Shown here: in pieces, positions 39,511 to 53,431 of the stretch | Numbering within the stretch: the stretch's first letter is position 1 | Layout: the number at the start of each line of letters is the position of its first letter | DNA from: Octopus bimaculoides | Taxonomy: Eukaryota | Direction: 5' to 3' | Assembly: GCF_001194135.2 (NCBI RefSeq) | Contig: NC_068990.1 | Location: 6,922,073 to 6,981,028, forward strand | DNA: 58,956 nt | Notes under the pieces: model-generated | What the model was told of the DNA's origin: nothing | Database searches by the model: none | The model's input: the letters and a program-made list of their open reading frames with translations, nothing else | Made by a program: the position numbers and the translations under genes

Positions 39511-39929
39511 ATTTATATATTGAAGTTTTCGATACTGTTACGAGAAGCACTTTTATTGATGAAAGTGTTGCTATTTCACCTTGTGTGTTCTCTTGATTTT
39601 TCGTGCAGATATTTACAGTTATTTTGTGGAAAGTGGTGAACAATAGCGTCGTTGGTATGTATAGGTCTTCAACGGACCAATTACTGATTACCATATTTCT
39701 AATGCAGAGAAATAGAAATAAAGGGAAGGAAGAGAGAGAGAGAGTGGGGAAGGAGCAGGAGGGAGAGAGGGAGAGAGAGACAGAGATATAGAGATGGGAA
39801 GAGAAACAAGTTAATGCACTTAACACAATGTAAAACATGGCAACGGTTATCGTTCGCAATGTACCAATATCTGGTTTTCTAGCCGTTGCTTACATCCTTT
39901 GCTGATATGTATCAGTGAACACATATACA

Positions 39930-40180
39930 AACACAAAGTCTCAAACACCCATGCACCCCTACCCACAGACCCCTACCTCTACCCCACCCTAAGCCCAACC
40001 CACACTCCACCCATGCCTTCCCCACCTCCCAACACCCTCACATCACACCACACCAATACCCTCGCATCACACCACGCACACCACACCAATACCCCCGCAT
40101 CACACCACACACACACTACAACTGACCAACTACTAACTCCCTTTCTCCCTTCCCCATTTTCACACTACATACGTCAAGAT
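39930..40180. repeat. C/A-rich degenerate tract with an internal tandem unit (CACACCACACCAATACCC...GCATCACACCAC) x2
   Basis: Read directly. Confidence 0.7.
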
Positions 40181-41771
40181 CNNNNNNNNNNNNNNNNNNN
40201 NNNNNNNNNNNNNNNNNNNNNNNNNNNNNNNNNNNNNNNNNNNNNNNNNNNNNNNNNNNNNNNNNNNNNNNNNNNNNNNNNNNNNNNNNNNNNNNNNNNN
40301 NNNNNNNNNNNNNNNNNNNNNNNNNNNNNNNNNNNNNNNNNNNNNNNNNNNNNNNNNNNNNNNNNNNNNNNNNNNNNNNNNNNNNNNNNNNNNNNNNNNN
40401 NNNNNNNNNNNNNNNNNNNNNNNNNNNNNNNNNNNNNNNNNNNNNNNNNNNNNNNNNNNNNNNNNNNNNNNNNNNNNNNNNNNNNNNNNNNNATATATAT
40501 ATATATATAATATATATATATACGACGTCGAGCTACCGTACAGCTTCATCCAATCTGAAACTTTTGTAGGAGATACTTGCTCAAAGTATCACGCAGTAAT
40601 ATCGAATCGAGAGCCACATGGTCGCAACCCAAACTTCTTTTTTTTTACTATAGAGCTATGTAAGCACTCGTGTTAATGCTAACGGGTCAAAATGTTCAGT
40701 GAAAAATTTTAAAATCTAAGCTAATTTCATTGAGAAAAATAGATAAACAAATCTTAGAAACACATTGCTGAAACAAACCTATAATTGCATTATCCAATAC
40801 TGAAACACAAGAATAGTAAAATACAAGAAAAACAGAGTAGTCCAATATGTTTGAGTGATGCTATTCATTACAAAAAAAGCAAAGAAACTATAAAAGATGT
40901 CACGTCTAACAGGTCTTTTACATTTTTATCAGGACTGTAGATTATATTTAAACTACACCGGATATTATCAAAATGGTTTCGAGGTTGGTTTTTCCAAATT
41001 TTATCTTAGGATATCATTAACAGGTGTTTTCAGCCGCAATGATTTGTTTGGCTCTACTTAATGGTATAAAAATAAAAACGAGAGATTAAAAATGTTAGAC
41101 ATAAGTGATTATTTTAATTTCGTGTGTGTATTTCATTTATCCGACTTATTTTAATGAGAAAATTACTCATGCTAATATTACAACTAAGACAACTGCCGTT
41201 TTAAACATTTAAAATGATATCGCTTAATACTAAAATTGAAAACAATTTAAAAGATATAAAACAAATCTATGTAACCAGCATAAAAGCATTCTATGATATG
41301 CAGTCACCGTTAAGCTTTGACACATATGAGATTGGGTAAAAGATAAATTCATTTGCTTTTGCAAAAATTGCAAACAAATGTGATTTTTCGGTAGGGGTTT
41401 CATATATTTGTTGCTACTGTTATTGTTATTGTAGATCATTTTAATATTAATAACATTGTTATCAATTGTTATTCCTTTTAGTGTGATGTGGTAGCAACAA
41501 AGTAGTGTAGTAACCAAATTAAAGTTGCGCTGTTGCTCTAAGTAAATTTTTATTCTGGTAGTTTTATCGCCTCATAATTTTCTGGAGTGGATGAAAGAAT
41601 TCCTTCAGAACAGAACGCAGGTTCGTTTGAAATAGGTGCAAATGCAGGGGAATTATGTCGACACCAGACAGCAACAACGGTACTACATTTACGGCCTGAA
41701 TAATGTTGTGTAGTTTCGTACTTTATTCCATGGGGTCCGGAAGAATGAACGGCAAAGAAGATTTCGGTGTA

Positions 41772-42005
41772 CAGTAATCCCTTGCCATATCGCGGTTCAC
41801 CTATCGCGGTTCACCTATCGCGGTTTATTATTTAAGCTTACGTCGATTCCTTCATGGTTTTGTTTTGCATTTATAATAAAATGAATATATATAAATTATA
41901 AAAATAATAAAAAGTATACAGCACAGTACTGTTTCTATTTCGCGGATTTTCACTTATCGCGGGGTGTTTTGGAACGAAACGCTCGCGATAGTCGAGGGTT
42001 TACTG
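41772..42005. mobile_element. 234-bp pogo/Tigger-type MITE with TA TSD, inserted in a decayed family B SINE
   Basis: TA|CAGTAATCCCTTGCCATATCGCG ... CGCGATAGTCGAGGGTTTACTG|TA; internal ATCGCGGTTCACCT tandem; SINE B sequence resumes on both sides. Confidence 0.88.
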
Positions 42006-42419
42006 TACTTTGAACAAATACTGCAAGACATTTTGCCGGAAGCTCTGACGATTTTTCTAAACCACTACCCTTATATGTTTATTAAATAACTGGACCCGTG
42101 AAAAATTCACGGAAAACATAAAAAATGTAAGCAGCAATAAGCAGTGTATCAGGAAAAAGTAACACACAGCTATATTACTAACAGGTTTCTAAATAGCAAC
42201 AACACAGACACTGGTGTAGAAGGAATAAACATTCACAATATAATGGAATAGTTATAGAAATATCAAAGATATACAAACAAAATAAACGAATATAAATCTC
42301 ATAAAGTAAGTTTATGTGCCACTGTTAATCGGTTATAATTATCAAGGACAAGCAAAAAGGGGGAAAAAAGTGCACTGTTGTAGAATTAATTGCTGAGTTC
42401 ATTAACATCATTAGTATCT

Positions 42420-42830
42420 AACCCCGTCTCACTCCTACCATTAAAAAACAACATGAATAATATCTTCTTTCAATCTAATTCTGACGATACCCTTACAAGC
42501 AGAATTGTGAACGTCAATCTTCAATGTTCCACCAACCATTGCTGAAGCACATTTTTTACTTTAGTTGCTGTCATACACCAGTAAGATGCTGTACAGAACC
42601 TCATTCACGAGTTAGGACTGCTGACAAAAGCAATACCTTGAAATTATTGGCAGCAAACCAATGTAATTTTCTCCTGCAATAATGTGTGCCTAAATTATTG
42701 AGAAGATAAAGAATCTCAGTCTAATAGTCCTCAGCACTTAACTCAGGAACCTCAATACATTACCCTCTCTTTAAGCCTTATTAACACAGCAAATCGTTTG
42801 TAGTCATTGGAGCTACTGCGTAATAATTGG
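42420..42830 (-). mobile_element. Highly decayed RTE-like LINE fragment
   Basis: Weak peptide remnants (VNEVLYS, QQWLVEH); many stops. Confidence 0.3.
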
Positions 42831-42914
42831 TCAAAAGGTTTTCTAATTGAGTATTTAACCAGACACACGCTCACACATTTACATAGATGTATTGTGTACG
42901 TATGCGTATAAATT

Positions 42915-43005
<91 letters not shown>

Positions 43006-44186
43006 TCTGAAAGTCGTATGATATATACATATATATATTATATATGTACATGTACATATGAGTGTGTAAATGCACTTACATGAAAGTCCTGAAAATATGT
43101 AAGTGCTCCTCACCGTTTAATTCTTCATATCAACATATACATATACGCTTATATTCACATTTATATAAACAGAAAGTTGAAGTGTCCGCTTACCTCTGCT
43201 ACATTCTATTCTTAATGCTGCATTTATAATAAATTTTCTTGTCATGGTTTACAGAAAATTGCTTACACGCGGCTAAATAAAATGCAATTTGCTTCTTCCT
43301 ATTTAGTATCTAGTTTCCTTTCGATAGTTATCTTGAATGCACAGCTTCTATATTTGCGCAGTAGTAAAATTCTGTTTCTTCTGTCATTCATTTTGGACAA
43401 CTAATCGAAGGTTTCAGTTCAAATGCGTTTCTTTAATGACTACAAAGACCATTTGACAGAGTAGATCGCCTGGAGATAGCAGTATTTGCAAGAAAAGCTC
43501 TTGGGAAAAAAATGAATAATACAATATTGTTACTGATGTAATTCTACAACATAAATTATACGCGCAACGAAAGTATTTCCACTTTCCCTATAAAACATAA
43601 ATGAGTTTATCTGAAAGATTATTATGCTATAGCAAAATTGAAGGAAAACGAAACAACAGAGATTATCTTTGCTTCTAATAACAGAACATCGATTTGAGGA
43701 ATGATTTTTGGCGATGTATACTTTCTGAAAATACTTAAGAGTGTTTTTTTTTTCCAAAATATTTATGAAGATATATTATGTATCTAAAATGTAACAAAAT
43801 CGACATCAGTATATCATTTGTTCAAATTCAATATTTCGTTTTTGTAGTAATAGATGTCAATTTACAGTGTCGGAAGTGGTGAAATCCGAAGCTAGGGGCG
43901 TCTGAATTCACAACGGAAGAGAATGGAACAAAATACTTTAAAATTCCTGCTTCGAAGACATGTCGAGTAATAACATTTTTTACTTAACAACGCATAAGTT
44001 TGATGGTAAATGGGAAATTTGTGCATGGTATTGATAATGGTATGTAGTATCTAATTTTGATTCACGCGTGTATCAGTACGCTACTGCACTCAGTAGAACT
44101 TGTGGGGTCGGGTGGTTAGCTTCCTAGGTGTGAGAGGTGATTTTTGACCGCCTTCTGAATGAAAAGCAAGGTCTATCAAATGACAT

Positions 44187-44572
44187 GGTGGCGCAATGGC
44201 CCAGTGGTTAGGGAATCGGACTTGCGGTTATAGGGTCACTGTTTCGATTCCCAGACCGGGCGTTGTGAGTGTTTATTGAGCGAAAACACCTAAAGCTCCA
44301 CGAGGTTCCGGCAGGGGATGGTGGTGAACCCTGCTGTACTCTTTCACCACAACTTTCTCTCACTCTTACTTCCTGTTTCTGTTGTACCTGTAATTCAAAG
44401 GGTCAGCCTTGTCACACTGTGTCACGCTGAATATCCCCGAGAACTACGTTAAGGGTACACGTGTCTGCGGAGTGCTCAGCCACTTGCACGTTAATTTCAC
44501 GAGCAGGCTGTTCCGTTGATCGGATCAACTGGAACCCTCGTCGTCGTAAGCGACGGAGTGCCAACAACAACA
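44187..44572 (+). mobile_element. SINE family C, full length, tRNA-derived head, (CAA)n tail, 12-bp TSD
   Basis: A-box-like TGGCCCAGTGG and B-box GTTTCGATTCC; TSD ATCAAATGACAT at 44175-44186 and 44573-44584. Confidence 0.92.
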
Positions 44573-44916
44573 ATCAAATGACATATAAACTCGAGGTGGT
44601 TAATAGTCATCTAATAAGAAGTTGAATATGCACATTAAATACTTGCGTGTTCTGTGGCATGATTCTTTTAGTCAGGTGAAGAAAAGGAGAAATAAACAGC
44701 CTTCGTCTCTGGAGTTACATTTTCATTAATTCTAACCCCTGTTTACCTAAATTGTTCGACATAAGTTGTTAAAACTACTCCCTTTTCGATTATCGTATTT
44801 GTACATTCATTTTTCTTCACACTTGAAGCTACACGGGAAAATCTGTGATTTGTGTGTGTGCGTGCGTGTGTGTCTGTTCGAGCGCGTGCGGGCTTGTGTG
44901 TGCGTGTGTGTGTATA

Positions 44917-44957
<41 letters not shown>

Positions 44958-44989
44958 TCTTCCTCCGTCTTCCCTTCTTTCGGACTTAC

Positions 44990-45030
44990 CTCTATTTCTG
45001 AAGAAGAGCTTTGCTCGAAACTAAAAATCC
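44990..45030 (+). ncRNA. Minimal hammerhead-like motif (Penelope type), probably inactivated
   Basis: CTGAAGA (44998-45004)-A-GAGC-TTT-GCTC-GAAAC (45017-45021). Helix II is perfect; helix III is missing a base and helix I is only 3 bp. Confidence 0.5.
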
Positions 45031-45477
45031 TCTTCCTTTCCTTTCCTGAGCGTCTGATAAAACAGTACTTGTACCACATCGTCGCGTTGTTGTTTTCGTT
45101 GCTTGTTCTTCTTTCTTTGGATTCACTATATATACACACACCAGCATCTGTGTTCTTGGTATTTTGAAACCTGTTGGTAATATAGCCGTGTTATTTTTTC
45201 CAGTTAATTCGAGTGCTCCTTTCCTTAAGGTTCTGTTATTTTAGAAAAATACCGTTTTTCCAGTCATCAACTCGTATTTTCTAAGGAGTATCGTTTCTAA
45301 CCCCCATGTACCTTAGATATATTGGAGGATTAAATGGTTATCAATAAATCTTTTAACTCCTTCCTTTTCATTTTTCTGTTGGCTGGAGAAAAGTTATTCA
45401 TTGGGATTTTATATATACAGTTTATTCATTGGGATTATATATATATAATTTTCTTTTATTATTATTATTATTATTAC

Positions 45478-45552
<75 letters not shown>

Positions 45553-45640
45553 CATATATANNNNNNNNNNNNNNNNNNNNNNNNNNNNNNNNNNNNNNNN
45601 NNNNNNNNNNNNNNNNNNNNNNNNNNNNNNNNNNNNNNNN

Positions 45641-45690
<50 letters not shown>

Positions 45691-46380
45691 CTAGATGTAC
45701 CCGCCGTTACCCGTTGGTTCAGAACCACTCGGAATTGAAAATGTTGATACGCACCGGGAAAGGAAAAACTTTGGTGTGGCAGGCAACATAGACAAAACCA
45801 AGTGTTTCTTCTTTGAAAGCGTTCAAATGGCCTTTAACTTTTTTCGTCACTTTTTTCATTACCATTCTTTGTTACTACTGTTCCAATTGAAATACATGGG
45901 TTCTTCAGCATAAAGTAATGTTTTTTGCAATGTGACCATTCTATCAACTTTCTGTCATTGTTGTTTTCATATGTCGTTCATTGACAGCCATTTATATCCT
46001 CTTTATTTCTGAGCAATATTCTCTGTCCATCTCGTTGATGAACTTGCAGTCTAACTATTCCAGGTGCTCGTCATGAATTGAAAATCCTAAAATGGATGCA
46101 ACTGCTTCGGATGGTCCAATATACCTGCCTATTAGATATTGACTAATTTCGTTATCATTTTTTTATTTGAACAGCAGCTTGGTCATTTCCGTTCAGTGTG
46201 TAGTTGGTGACTTATTTAATTGACCTTACTGAGGCAACAATTTCAGTGTTGCAGTAACATTTGGATGTTCTTAAAAAGTTTCATTATAAGGTACAACCCA
46301 TTTGTTGTTTCTTTTTTTTCCATCTATTGCAACTGATCTTCGTCTATAAAGGGATAGTGTCTCTGACTGTTTTCCTGCCT
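45691..46380 (-). mobile_element. Helitron relic: RepHel fragment joined to the CTAG 3' terminus
   Basis: GNDQAAVQIKNDNEISQYLIGRYIGPSEAV...GFSIHDEH and ETLGFVYV match Helitron Rep C-terminal motifs; ends ...GGCGGGTACATCTAG followed by T. Confidence 0.8.
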
Positions 46381-46724
46381 TTTGATTAAAATGATAAAGA
46401 TTAGAATATTATTTTAAATAAAATAGTAATTTTCATCTTTAAGAAAATAAATCAAGTACAAGTGATTCAAAACATCTCATAAAAATATTGGGAGAATTTC
46501 TATCTTTCAAGTCCACGGCACTCCGAAAGTTATATAAATGATTAAGGGGAGAAAAAGAAAGAAAAATGGGCGGGCAGACGACGACTCTTTGAAGTGTTGA
46601 CATTTTCTAATTCACTTTTTTTTCTTAAAGAGTGAAATGAATATTTTATTTGTAATCTCTATCATCTTAATCAAACGGCAGGAAAACAGACAAACTTTGA
46701 GTTTTAGTATAATATAGATTTTAT

Positions 46725-47090
46725 CTTTCAGTCATTGGACCGCAGTAATGATGGGTCACCGCCTTCAAGAACTTCAGTCGAATGTACTTATTTTTAAGCC
46801 TGGTATTATTCTAACCGTCTCTTTTGTTGAGCTGCTAAGTTACGGGAACGTAACCACACCAACCCAAAGTCAGTTGTCAAGCAGTAGTGGGGACAGACAC
46901 AAAGACACACACACACACTCGGGCGCGCACACGCACACGCACACATATATATACAAGACAGGCTTCTTTCAGTTTCTATCTACCAAATCCACTCACAATT
47001 CTTTAGTCGGTCCAAGGTGACATGCACTAGGACTGAACTCGGAACCATGTGGCTGGGATGCAAACGTCTAACCGCACAGCCACGCCTGAG
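46725..47090 (-). mobile_element. SINE family A
   Basis: Reverse-complement tail and head with internal (CA)n. Confidence 0.85.
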
Positions 47091-47767
47091 CGTATACACT
47101 CACGCGCACACACACATAAACACGCATAAACACACGTGAGTGTATGTGTGTGTATATATATATATATATTTATGTATATATGTATGTACGTATGTATGTG
47201 TATATCTATGTATGAAACAGTTTTCTGTGCCAGACACTAGCCTAAAATATTTTTCCTACTATAGAAAGTAGTCATAAATCTGACTGCCACTGTAGTTATC
47301 TTAATTTGCATATTGATACAACAATGAAGAAAGAACAGAGAAATGTAACACAATATCTATGACACAATTATAGAACGCACTTTAACGAGAATGTTAAATA
47401 GAAATAAGGAATTTCAAGGTTAAAACGATTACTTATCTAAATTATAGGAGCACTCATCAACTATGGATAGTTATATAAGAATATTCACTGTCAATACACA
47501 GTCTTTCAACAGTACATTTTCTTTGTACTCTTCTCTATTTCCCTTCTTCAATTCATATAGAACAGTTATATTGTTATTTAGTGAGATCAATTTTGTTTAA
47601 GTCTTATCTAATCAACGCGTGTTCTTGTTTTCAAGCTCTTCATTGTACGTCTTTTATATAACATTGTTATGTTTATGTTATGTTTTTCGTAATCGTCCGA
47701 AAAGAGGAATTGCGAAAGTCGTTATAACGATTTGTGTAATATCAACTTAGAATAAAGTAATAAAGTA

Positions 47768-47870
<103 letters not shown>

Positions 47871-50159
47871 CACACACATACACACACATGTATATGCACA
47901 TTCCGTATTGAGTGCTCTCTGGTTTATTCCTGCACAGATCACATTTAAGAATTTACGTGTGTGTGTGTGTAAGTGTGTGTGAATAAATGAATTACTGGTA
48001 CGTTAGAAGTGCTATATAATTCATTGTTTGCTGAAGGATTTGGTCAAAATTGTACTTATTGACAAAAGTAAAGACCCACTCTTTATACACAATGTTTTTG
48101 CGGTGAGAGAAAGAAGGATCAGTCGTATTAGTCTCAAATCTATATTGGTATTTCATCAGTGATAGAATTTACTCTAAGTGTGCGGAGAATTGCTACTTAT
48201 AAATATTAGTAGATTGGATAGACGGATAAGACAGATAGACGGATAAGACAGATAGGCAGATCATTATGGACATAGAATATATGAAGAATAATCAAGAACA
48301 AAAATTGCTTGTTCGGGAAAGAAAAAAGAAAGCAAAATAGAATGAAACGCAATGTCTTTTGATTTATAATAGATGGCAAAGTGACAGATAGACTTACAAG
48401 AAGCAGATTTGGTATAGAGGAAATTTGAAATCAGTGTGTATTAGACGACATTTTTCTAAAGATAGTTGAAGATATAACTCACAGATTGCTCATTCATTCT
48501 TATCATCCTATATGCTTTCAATATGTATTCTTAATTTCATTCTTTATTTCTATTTCTGTTTATTTGGCAAATATTACTTTTGAAAATCAGTTTTCTATAC
48601 TTACATAAACACACGCACAGGCGCACACAAACACACACTCACACGCACACACACATAAATGTATAAATGTATTAATATTTATATACATATATATATATAT
48701 TCATATATATGCGTACACACACCACACACATCTATCTATCTATCTATCCACATATATATATATATATATGTATATAAATATATAAATATATATGTATACA
48801 CACACACACACACACACACACACANNNNNNNNNNNNNNNNNNNNNNNNNNNNNNNNNNNNNNNNNNNNNNNNNNNNNNNNNNNNNNNNNNNNNNNNTATA
48901 TATATAGGGTGGGTATGATGCGTGCTATTTACATCGTATTTTGTCATACAGTGTGCAAAGACTATTTGTAGCCAGTAAACTTTATTCTTCGTGTATATTA
49001 GCGATTATGCATAGTTCAAACACATCGACATCTGCTATCAAGTTGTTCGAGACAAACGTGTTTATCGCCTTGTTCTCGTTCTAAAATGTTGACCAATACT
49101 TGTGTGACCGGAACTAAATATCCGAGATTAAGAGAAAACTAAAAATCCATCATAATGCAACGCAAAATAGATATCACGAAGGTTGAGAGATGATCCGCGA
49201 TCGATGTATCAATATCTTTAAATCATCAATCAAATAAAATACGACTTCATCTCACTATGTTAAATCTAAACCTTTTATTCTAGACATTGTTAGATCTAAT
49301 TCTTTCTTTTATATTTGATGTCTCCTTTTTGCTGTAGTTCTGCTTCATTTTTCTTTCTTTTTCAGCTTTTCATTCCATATCTCTTCATTCTGTTTTATTC
49401 TAGGATGTTTACTTACTTTTCCTGTATCCACTATTATGCATCTGCCTATCTCTTTCTATTTTATCTCTTTTTTCTGTCTCTTTAAATGTGTGTTATATTT
49501 GTGTGTATATGCGTGTGTGTGTGTGGTTATTTTTCTTCATGTTTGTACGCCTTTGTATCTACTAAGAACTTTACTAACCAGTTATCCATCTATTTACTGT
49601 CTTTTCTTTCCTTTCTTACAATCTCAACAAAGACAGATTCTGAGATATATAATTTGAACATGGGCAGTTTCGTCTGGGAAATAGCTAATAGCAAATTAGC
49701 ACTGCAATGCCACATTGTAATTCTATGGCCTGAACAGGAAGCAAAGAAAGAAATAAAGAAAAAGAAAACTAAATATTTTAGTGCCAAATATTCATGATTG
49801 ATTGAATGTAGATGGATGTTGAAAAGTATAAGTAATCAGAAATTTAAGATTAATACATCAACGGATATTACTATCTACAAACTTTCAGAAAGAACTCAAT
49901 AACGGAGATGTATTAGTAGAAGTAATTACTTTCCCAGTAAATCCAAAAATAGCATTCCTTTATGATATAGGAATAGCTGTAATTTACTTAACGGAGATGT
50001 TAATTATTTTATGGCATATATGTATATTTAAATTAACATTTAATTAATTAGATGATTTTCATAAATTGGTTCAGAACTTTTAAACTCGGTAGCTACTAGT
50101 TCTTAAAATGGCAATCACATATGACTACGATTAATTAAAAACATCAATTAAAGTGTTTA

Positions 50160-50600
50160 ATTTCCTCCTCCACATACTTCTTCTCTTCTCCTTCTTCTTT
50201 TTCTCCACATCTTCCCTATTGTCACTACTGGCAACATTCTCATTACCAATTTTACCCCAATCATCTTTATAACGTTGCCAAAAATAAACGTCGTTATCAA
50301 TATTATCATCTTTATTATTATCATGTTTCTCAACAGCATCAACCCTAGCAAATTCTGCCCTATATCATCATCATCATCATCATCACCATCACCATCACCA
50401 CCACCATCATCATCATCATCATCAAAATGACCGCCACTACCATTATTACCATCATCATCACCATCATCAACTGTATCGTGGTCGTCATCGTCATCATCAC
50501 ATTATTATCATCATAATTATCGTCACTATTTCATCGACGTTATCAGCCCCATCAACATCTTCATCTTCATCAACCTCTTCATCTTCATCAACATTGTGAT
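50160..50600. repeat. Degenerate (CAT)/(CAC) trinucleotide tract
   Basis: Read directly. Confidence 0.85.
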
Positions 50601-51464
50601 CGTTCGATCTACTGAAAATCGATAAACTTCATATCAAATAGCATCGTCTTGAAAACAACATATTAGATACTATATTCCAGGGTACACAATGTTTGAAAAA
50701 GACGAGGTTGTCACGGCTGGAATATCTTTCATGATTGATCTGTCCGATCAAGACCAGATTTTGGGCAAAGCAACAACAACTACAAATTATCATCATAATC
50801 CACGTATGTGTGGGTATTTATGAGTGTGCGCGAGTGTATGCGTGTAGATGTACAATATATATACATACATACATACATACATACATATACATACAAATAC
50901 ATATACACGCATATATAGTATAACCCTAATTCTTGTTTCATTCTTAGTCACAACTGCCCGATGAATAGAAACGTGAAGCTCACAGCAGCAGTTTGTTGTG
51001 ATATTTCTGTGATGTTTTGAAGCGTTAATAATAAATTACTCTAACTCCGGTATTCGAGTACTCTTTTCCCCCACCTTGTTTCACATTTTGGAACATTATT
51101 TCCAAAAGACTGTATTGAGAACGCTAAATACAAACAGGCAGAAGAAGCAGTCTATTTTATCATTTATTCCCTCGTCACTTCTTTGATACTATAACGTTTT
51201 AACCGCAAACTGAGCAACCAATACGTTTTGTTGTCACAACAGCGGCTGCAAACAGAAAGAAGTTGAAAACATACAACTCCCAGGGGTTACGGAATTCATT
51301 TATTGAATCAATAAGAGCATAATTTCAGTTTGAAACCTGAAATAATTTGGAGTCCTAATCACATAACTGGGAGCATAATTTGCATGCTTCTCATACATAA
51401 ACGGAAAATCCAATTTAATGCAAAGGAACCACGTTATTAATATTGGTTTCAAATTTTGGCAGAA

Positions 51465-51665
51465 GTCCAACAGGTTTGGGGAAGGGTTTATGTCGATTAA
51501 ATCGACCCCCCCCACGTGCTCAACTGGTATTTATTCTATCGACCTCGTAAAAATGAAAGGAAAAGTGGGCACCGGCGGAATTTGAACTCAGAACGCAAAG
51601 ACAACGAAATACCGCTAAGCAGTTTTTACTCAGCGCGGTAACGATTCTGCCAGGTCGCTACCTTA
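51465..51665 (-). mobile_element. SINE family B
   Basis: Homology to 24505-24715. Confidence 0.8.
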
Positions 51666-52119
51666 GTCACATTATTAATGTTGTAATAAGATTGCTTTTA
51701 AATATATGTTTTCCTCATTCGTAGTCTCTCTAATGTTCTGATCATAATTTTTAAAGGAACCACATCCAAAATACGTTCTTTTGAACTCTTAAACATCTAT
51801 GACTGAGGAAAATGAATCCAGGAAAGCGTTCGACACACTAGATACACATAAGGTGCCGTCAAACAAACGTAATATGTTTGAGCAGGAAAACATCGATTGG
51901 CAGAGATTATCCATGCAAGTTATAGATTAAAACACCCTCTGGGTATGTTTTAAATCAGGAACCAAGTATATCTTTCATAAGATCAATCAACAAAAACATT
52001 TTTTATAAATATTGTAAAGTTAGTATGTGAATTTGATTTTTGAAGTTAACAGTTAAGCAGCGGACATTAGACGCGACTTGCTCAGCAAAGCCTCTGCAGT
52101 TCAATTGGTAAGATTAAGT

Positions 52120-52120
52120 G

Positions 52121-52216
<96 letters not shown>

Positions 52217-52225
52217 TTCTGTCTG
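52120..52225. repeat. (ATCT)n-(GTCT)n tetranucleotide repeat
   Basis: Read directly. Confidence 0.95.
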
Positions 52226-52506
52226 TCTGTTTGCCACTCTCTCTTGCTTCCTCACATACACACACACAGAGGCAAATTTAGGAACAAAAAGAAAAGAAAA
52301 AGAAATAACAACAAAAGTCAATTGGATGTAGTGAGTGAATGTAAACTGACGCTCAGTGAAAGATTTTGATGGAAACAAAATAGGAGTAAAAATGTGGCAC
52401 TTCGAATATGGCTCTTCGTTGGGTAGAGGAAAAAAGTCCAAAGAAGAGGAAATAGAAGGAGCGGATAATTCGGAGAAAAGTATGTATATGCATGTATGTA
52501 TGCATT

Positions 52507-52540
<34 letters not shown>

Positions 52541-52578
52541 TGTATGTATGTATGTATGATGTATGTATGCATGCATAT

Positions 52579-52636
<58 letters not shown>

Positions 52637-53400
52637 GAATTTAAGGATTGGAGAAAACGCATGTTATAATTGCATACTTTATTCCTACATATGTTTCAAA
52701 GGATTACAACCTAGAATTTTTATTCATTAAGATAGAAGAAATACACATAATTATATNNNNNNNNNNNNNNNNNNNNNNNNNNNNNNNNNNNNNNNNNNNN
52801 NNNNNNNNNNNNNNNNNNNNNNNNNNNNNNNNNNNNNNNNNNNNNNNNNNNNNNNNNNNNNNNNNNNNNNNNNNNNNNNNNNNNNNNNNNNNNNNNNNNN
52901 NNNNNNNNNNNNNNNNNNNNNNNNNNNNNNNNNNNNNNNNNNNNNNNNNNNNNNNNNNNNNNNNNNNNNNNNNNNNNNNNNNNNNNNNNNNNNNNNNNNN
53001 NNNNNNNNNNNNNNNNNNNNNNNNNNNNNNNNNNNNNNNNNNNNNNNNNNNNNNNNNNNNNNNNNNNNNNNNNNNNNNNNNNNNNNNNNNNNNNNNNNNN
53101 NNNNNNNNNNNNNNNNNNNNNNNNNNNNNNNNNNNNNNNNNNNNNNNNNNNNNNNNNNNNNNNNNNNNNNNNNNNNNNNNNNNNNNNNNNNNNNNNNNNN
53201 NNNNNNNNNNNNNNNNNNNNNNNNNNNNNNNNNNNNNNNNNNNNNNNNNNNNNNNNNNNNNNNNNNNNNNNNNNNNNNNNNNNNNNNNNNNNNNNNNNNN
53301 NNNNNNNNNNNNNNNNNNNNNNNNNNNNNNNNNNNNNNNNNNNNNNNNNNNNNNNNNNNNNNNNNNNNNNNNNNNNNNNNNNNNNNNNNNNNNNNNNNNN

Positions 53401-53431
<31 letters not shown>

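Noticed and set aside
44187-44260. tRNA gene
   Set aside because: The A/B boxes belong to a SINE head continuing into a body, tail and TSD; no full cloverleaf.
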